Below, one piece after another: positions 61,034 through 64,000 of a DNA stretch of 64,000 nt (within the stretch, counting starts at the first letter, position 1; every line of letters starts with the position of its first letter). The notes beneath the pieces were generated by a model. The model was not told the origin of the DNA and searched no databases. It saw nothing but the letters and a program-made list of their open reading frames with translations. Both the position numbers and the translations under genes were made by a program. Source of the DNA: Pelagomonas calceolata (Eukaryota); the NCBI GenBank assembly GCA_918797485.1, contig CAKKNE010000006.1:2480001-2544000 (forward strand), written 5' to 3'.

Positions 61034-61378
61034 ACGGCCGCTGCTACAAGGTAGATACGAGTTTGATATAAGTCTTTTGCTCATATGTAATTCGAAGATC
61101 GGTCGGGGGGGATTTGGGCATTCCGGCACTCGCCCCTCGGCGCGAGTCCACGACGACGACGACAAGAAGAAGGAGCCACGACTCGTCCGGAAATAGTTAG
61201 GTGTCACGGTCGCGCGACGTCTCGGGCCGACCGTCACTTGCGAGTCAAAAAAGAAACTGGGACCAGTGAATTCACCGTTACGTCGACGTTGACGGGGGCG
61301 GGGGGGGGTACAGGGGGAGGGATGGGGCGGGACGGGCTGGGGCGGGATGTCGTCGACGACGCAACGGCGCTGGCGACT

Positions 61379-62218
61379 TTATGAAGGCGGTGCCGCCGTC
61401 GGCTTGTAGCTGGGAGTGATCGGCGCGGGCGTCGGGACGTAGGTTGGCCGAGAGATCGGGACCTTCGTCGGCACGAACGTCGGCGCCGACGTCGGCGTGT
61501 ACGTGTTCCCGTCCTGGCCGTAGCTGACGGGTTTCGGCGTCGGCCGGTAGCTCGGCATCGGCGTTTGTTTGGAGTTCGGCGGCAGCGTCGGCACGCTCGT
61601 GGGAGTGTACGTGGGCGACCCGACGGGCACCGCCGAGGGTTGTTCCGAGGGCGGCGACGTCGGCGCGTAGCTCGGCGCCGACGAAGGCGCCCCCGACGGC
61701 GATAACGTCGGCGCGCCAGTCGGCACGTAACTCGGCACGGCCGTCGGCGTCCCCGAGGGCATCTCGGAGGGCGACGGCGACGGCGCGTACGTGTGCTGCG
61801 ATTCCAGGGTCGGCGGCTTCGACGGCGACGGCGACGGCACGGCCGTCGGTACGTAGGACGGTGTGAGCGTCGGCTCGGTCGTGGGCGTCGTCGTGGGCGT
61901 CGACGTGGGGGAGTAACTGGGTACGACGGTCGGCTCGCCGGTCGGCTCCGACGTGGGCATAGACGTCGGGACGGGTGAGGGTTTCAACGTCGGGTCGCTC
62001 GTCGGCGTCGCCGTGGGCGTCATCGTGGGCGTGGGCGTCGTGGGCTTCGGCGTCGGCTCGGGCGTCGGCGTCGCCGTCGGGCCGATCGTGGGACCCGTCG
62101 TGGGCGACGGCGTCGGCTTCGGCGTGGGCTTCGGCGTCGGCGCGTACATGTAGTACGGCGTCTTCGCCTCGGCGAGCGGCGCGAAGGCCGCCAGCATGGC
62201 GAGTCGCCTCAGGATCAT
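61379..62218 (-). CDS. Secreted Pro/Thr/Ser-repeat (PT-repeat, mucin/extensin-like) protein
   Basis: Signal peptide MILRRLAMLAAFAPLAEA followed by dozens of P(T/S)xx tetrapeptides. Confidence 0.8.
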   Translation of the reverse strand: MILRRLAMLAAFAPLAEAKTPYYMYAPTPKPTPKPTPSPTTGPTIGPTATPTPEPTPKPTTPTPTMTPTATPTSDPTLKPSPVPTSMPTSEPTGEPTVVPSYSPTSTPTTTPTTEPTLTPSYVPTAVPSPSPSKPPTLESQHTYAPSPSPSEMPSGTPTAVPSYVPTGAPTLSPSGAPSSAPSYAPTSPPSEQPSAVPVGSPTYTPTSVPTLPPNSKQTPMPSYRPTPKPVSYGQDGNTYTPTSAPTFVPTKVPISRPTYVPTPAPITPSYKPTAAPPS

Positions 62219-63115
62219 GGTCGCCTGCGAAAACGGAGGGCGGTTAACCATCATGTCAAAAAATTCGTGTGTGAGCGGCCGCGCGCGGGGCCCGTGGGCG
62301 CACGACCGGCGGGCTTGCGTTGGAGCCAGGGGCGCGCCGCGGGCGCGCCGCGGCGGCCGGTAGACCAAGCCGCGGACGCCGCCCGGCGGGAACGGAAGGG
62401 CCGCTGGCCCGCCCGCCGGAGCGCCGCGCCGCGCTCCGGGGCCACGCCGCCGTCGGTGCAGCCCCGCCCCAGCACCCGCGCGTCGCGTGCCGCGCCGCTT
62501 CCACGTTACGCGCCATGTGATATCGGACTCGGGGCAGGACGTTGTTACGGCGCGAGCTGCCCTTTCAGGCGCGTCAAGCAGCCGTGAGCGACTTATAGAA
62601 CCACAACAGGCTCGGCGTGTTGTGTGGGCAGCCAGCAGGGTGCGGCAGGGCCAAATATTGGTCGATCGGGCTGGGCGAGCTGAAAAAAGCTGGCCTGCAC
62701 TTTTGGCTTAAGCGGTAACGCCACTAGCATACACGCGCGCCTCGGGGCAAAGGACGCCTCCGGAGCGAGCCGCCCGGCGACGACTCCCCCGGCGCCGCGC
62801 ACAACAACACCTCGGACGCCTCACCCCCAAATACCCTTTTCCCCCGCCTGTCGTCGCACCGACCGCCGGGCAGCTTCAACAACTCTCGAAACAAGGGTCC
62901 GCCGCGCGGGGACCGCTCGGCGCGGCCCGCGCGCCCCGACGGCAAACGATTTTGTTTTGCCGCCGCGCACCGTATAGGCCGCCGAGCGCTAGCTCGTGGT
63001 CCGGCAGCCGCGAGGCATCACTGTAAGAGGCCGCCGCGCCGTACGGTTGCTCCACCGCGTCGTCGGACGCCCGAGCGGCTGGGGAGTCCAACCGGTGGGC
63101 AGCCACAGGGCAGCC

Positions 63116-64000
63116 ATGCCGCCGCGCAGCCCGAGCGGTGACGACGACGAGCGGTCGCCGCGCACGCCGCGCGAGGACGACGCCCGCAGCACGGCCTCGT
63201 CGCAACGGTCCGCGCACAAGGACGACGACGACGCCCGCAGCACGACGTCGAGCCGGCGGTCCGCGCGCAAGACGCCACGTGATGAAGAGGACGACGACCT
63301 CGCGTCGGTCCAGTCCGAGCAGGACGCCGCCGTCGCGAAGGCTCGGGCCTTGCGCCTATTACTAGCCTTCGAGGACTCGGGACACAAACTGAACGACGTC
63401 CTGAAAAGCAAAGACTACGACGCCGAGGCTTTGTTGGATGCCTTCGTGGGCCGGGAACATTTGAAGGAGCTTGGTAATGATGAATGCGATGCATTGATAG
63501 CGAAAGCCGGCGACGGCGTCAATGTCACGAGAGACCAACTCGGCCACTGGCTCAAGCTGGAACGGTCGCGGCTCTGCGAGGAGCTCATGCAGCGCCTCGC
63601 GCCGGCGCCCGCGCCGGCGCCGGCGCCGGCCGTGCCCGAAGGTGAAGCGGTACCCATGTCGCCGCTGTCGCCGGCGCGCTCCGATATATCAAACGGGAGC
63701 GACCTCGGTGATTTATTATTTTCGCGCCTCGACACGCTGCCGCGCGAGGCCGGCGCGGCGGCGGCCGCCGCCGAGGCTGCGGCGCGGCAGCGGGCGCGGG
63801 ATCGAGCAAGAGCTTTGGCAAGGCGCCACCGGCGCGCGGCACGCGAGGGCCGCATCCAGAAGGGCGACTGGGCCCGGTCCTCTTTTAGACTACAGCCCGT
63901 CGTCGAGCGGGCGCCGCTGACGATGGACACGGCGCCCGTTTTTTGCAGTGTTGTGAATGACCTTGAACGTGGCTCGCGGCGATGGCGTCTTTGTGAGCCC
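63116..64000 (+). CDS. Hypothetical protein, 3' end outside window
   Basis: Manually translated frame MPPRSPSGDDDERSPRTPR... stays open to the window end. Confidence 0.65.
   Translation, partial: MPPRSPSGDDDERSPRTPREDDARSTASSQRSAHKDDDDARSTTSSRRSARKTPRDEEDDDLASVQSEQDAAVAKARALRLLLAFEDSGHKLNDVLKSKDYDAEALLDAFVGREHLKELGNDECDALIAKAGDGVNVTRDQLGHWLKLERSRLCEELMQRLAPAPAPAPAPAVPEGEAVPMSPLSPARSDISNGSDLGDLLFSRLDTLPREAGAAAAAAEAAARQRARDRARALARRHRRAAREGRIQKGDWARSSFRLQPVVERAPLTMDTAPVFCSVVNDLERGSRRWRLCEP

Noticed and set aside
61379..62160. 12-bp-period tandem array as a non-coding repeat or CRISPR
   Set aside because: It encodes a signal peptide plus P(T/S)xx repeats with synonymous variation.
1..64000. Autonomous transposase for the introner family
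   Set aside because: No DDE/hAT transposase motifs recognised in any ORF in this window.

Overview
Gene-dense, GC-rich eukaryotic DNA with about 40 protein-coding genes, very short intergenic spacers and few, short introns. Bipartite plastid-targeting presequences, a nuclear phosphoribulokinase, GC-AG introns and a MYND/RING-v family member point to a pelagophyte alga such as Pelagomonas or Aureococcus; this assignment is inference. Recognisable genes include RPN10, EXO1, PRK, PPi-dependent PFK, an ABCB6/HMT1-type half transporter, a rhomboid, an MDP-1 phosphatase, a DnaJ protein, an ArsO-like flavoprotein and a Cys-less pentameric ligand-gated ion channel. Two non-coding systems stand out. 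(1) A family of 60-100 bp introner-like miniature DNA transposons with 15-bp terminal inverted repeats (CTGTGYGNAAATCAA) and 8-bp target-site duplications; they are removed exactly as GY-AG introns in either orientation and occur at several stages of decay. (2) A conserved ~23-bp element, CTAGTGTCTTAC-N1-4-(C/A)CGCTAGC, found 12 times, each within about 100-235 bp upstream of a start codon, and not seen in coding or convergent regions. No rRNA, tRNA or CRISPR features were seen. All family assignments come from motif recognition by eye, not from database searches.
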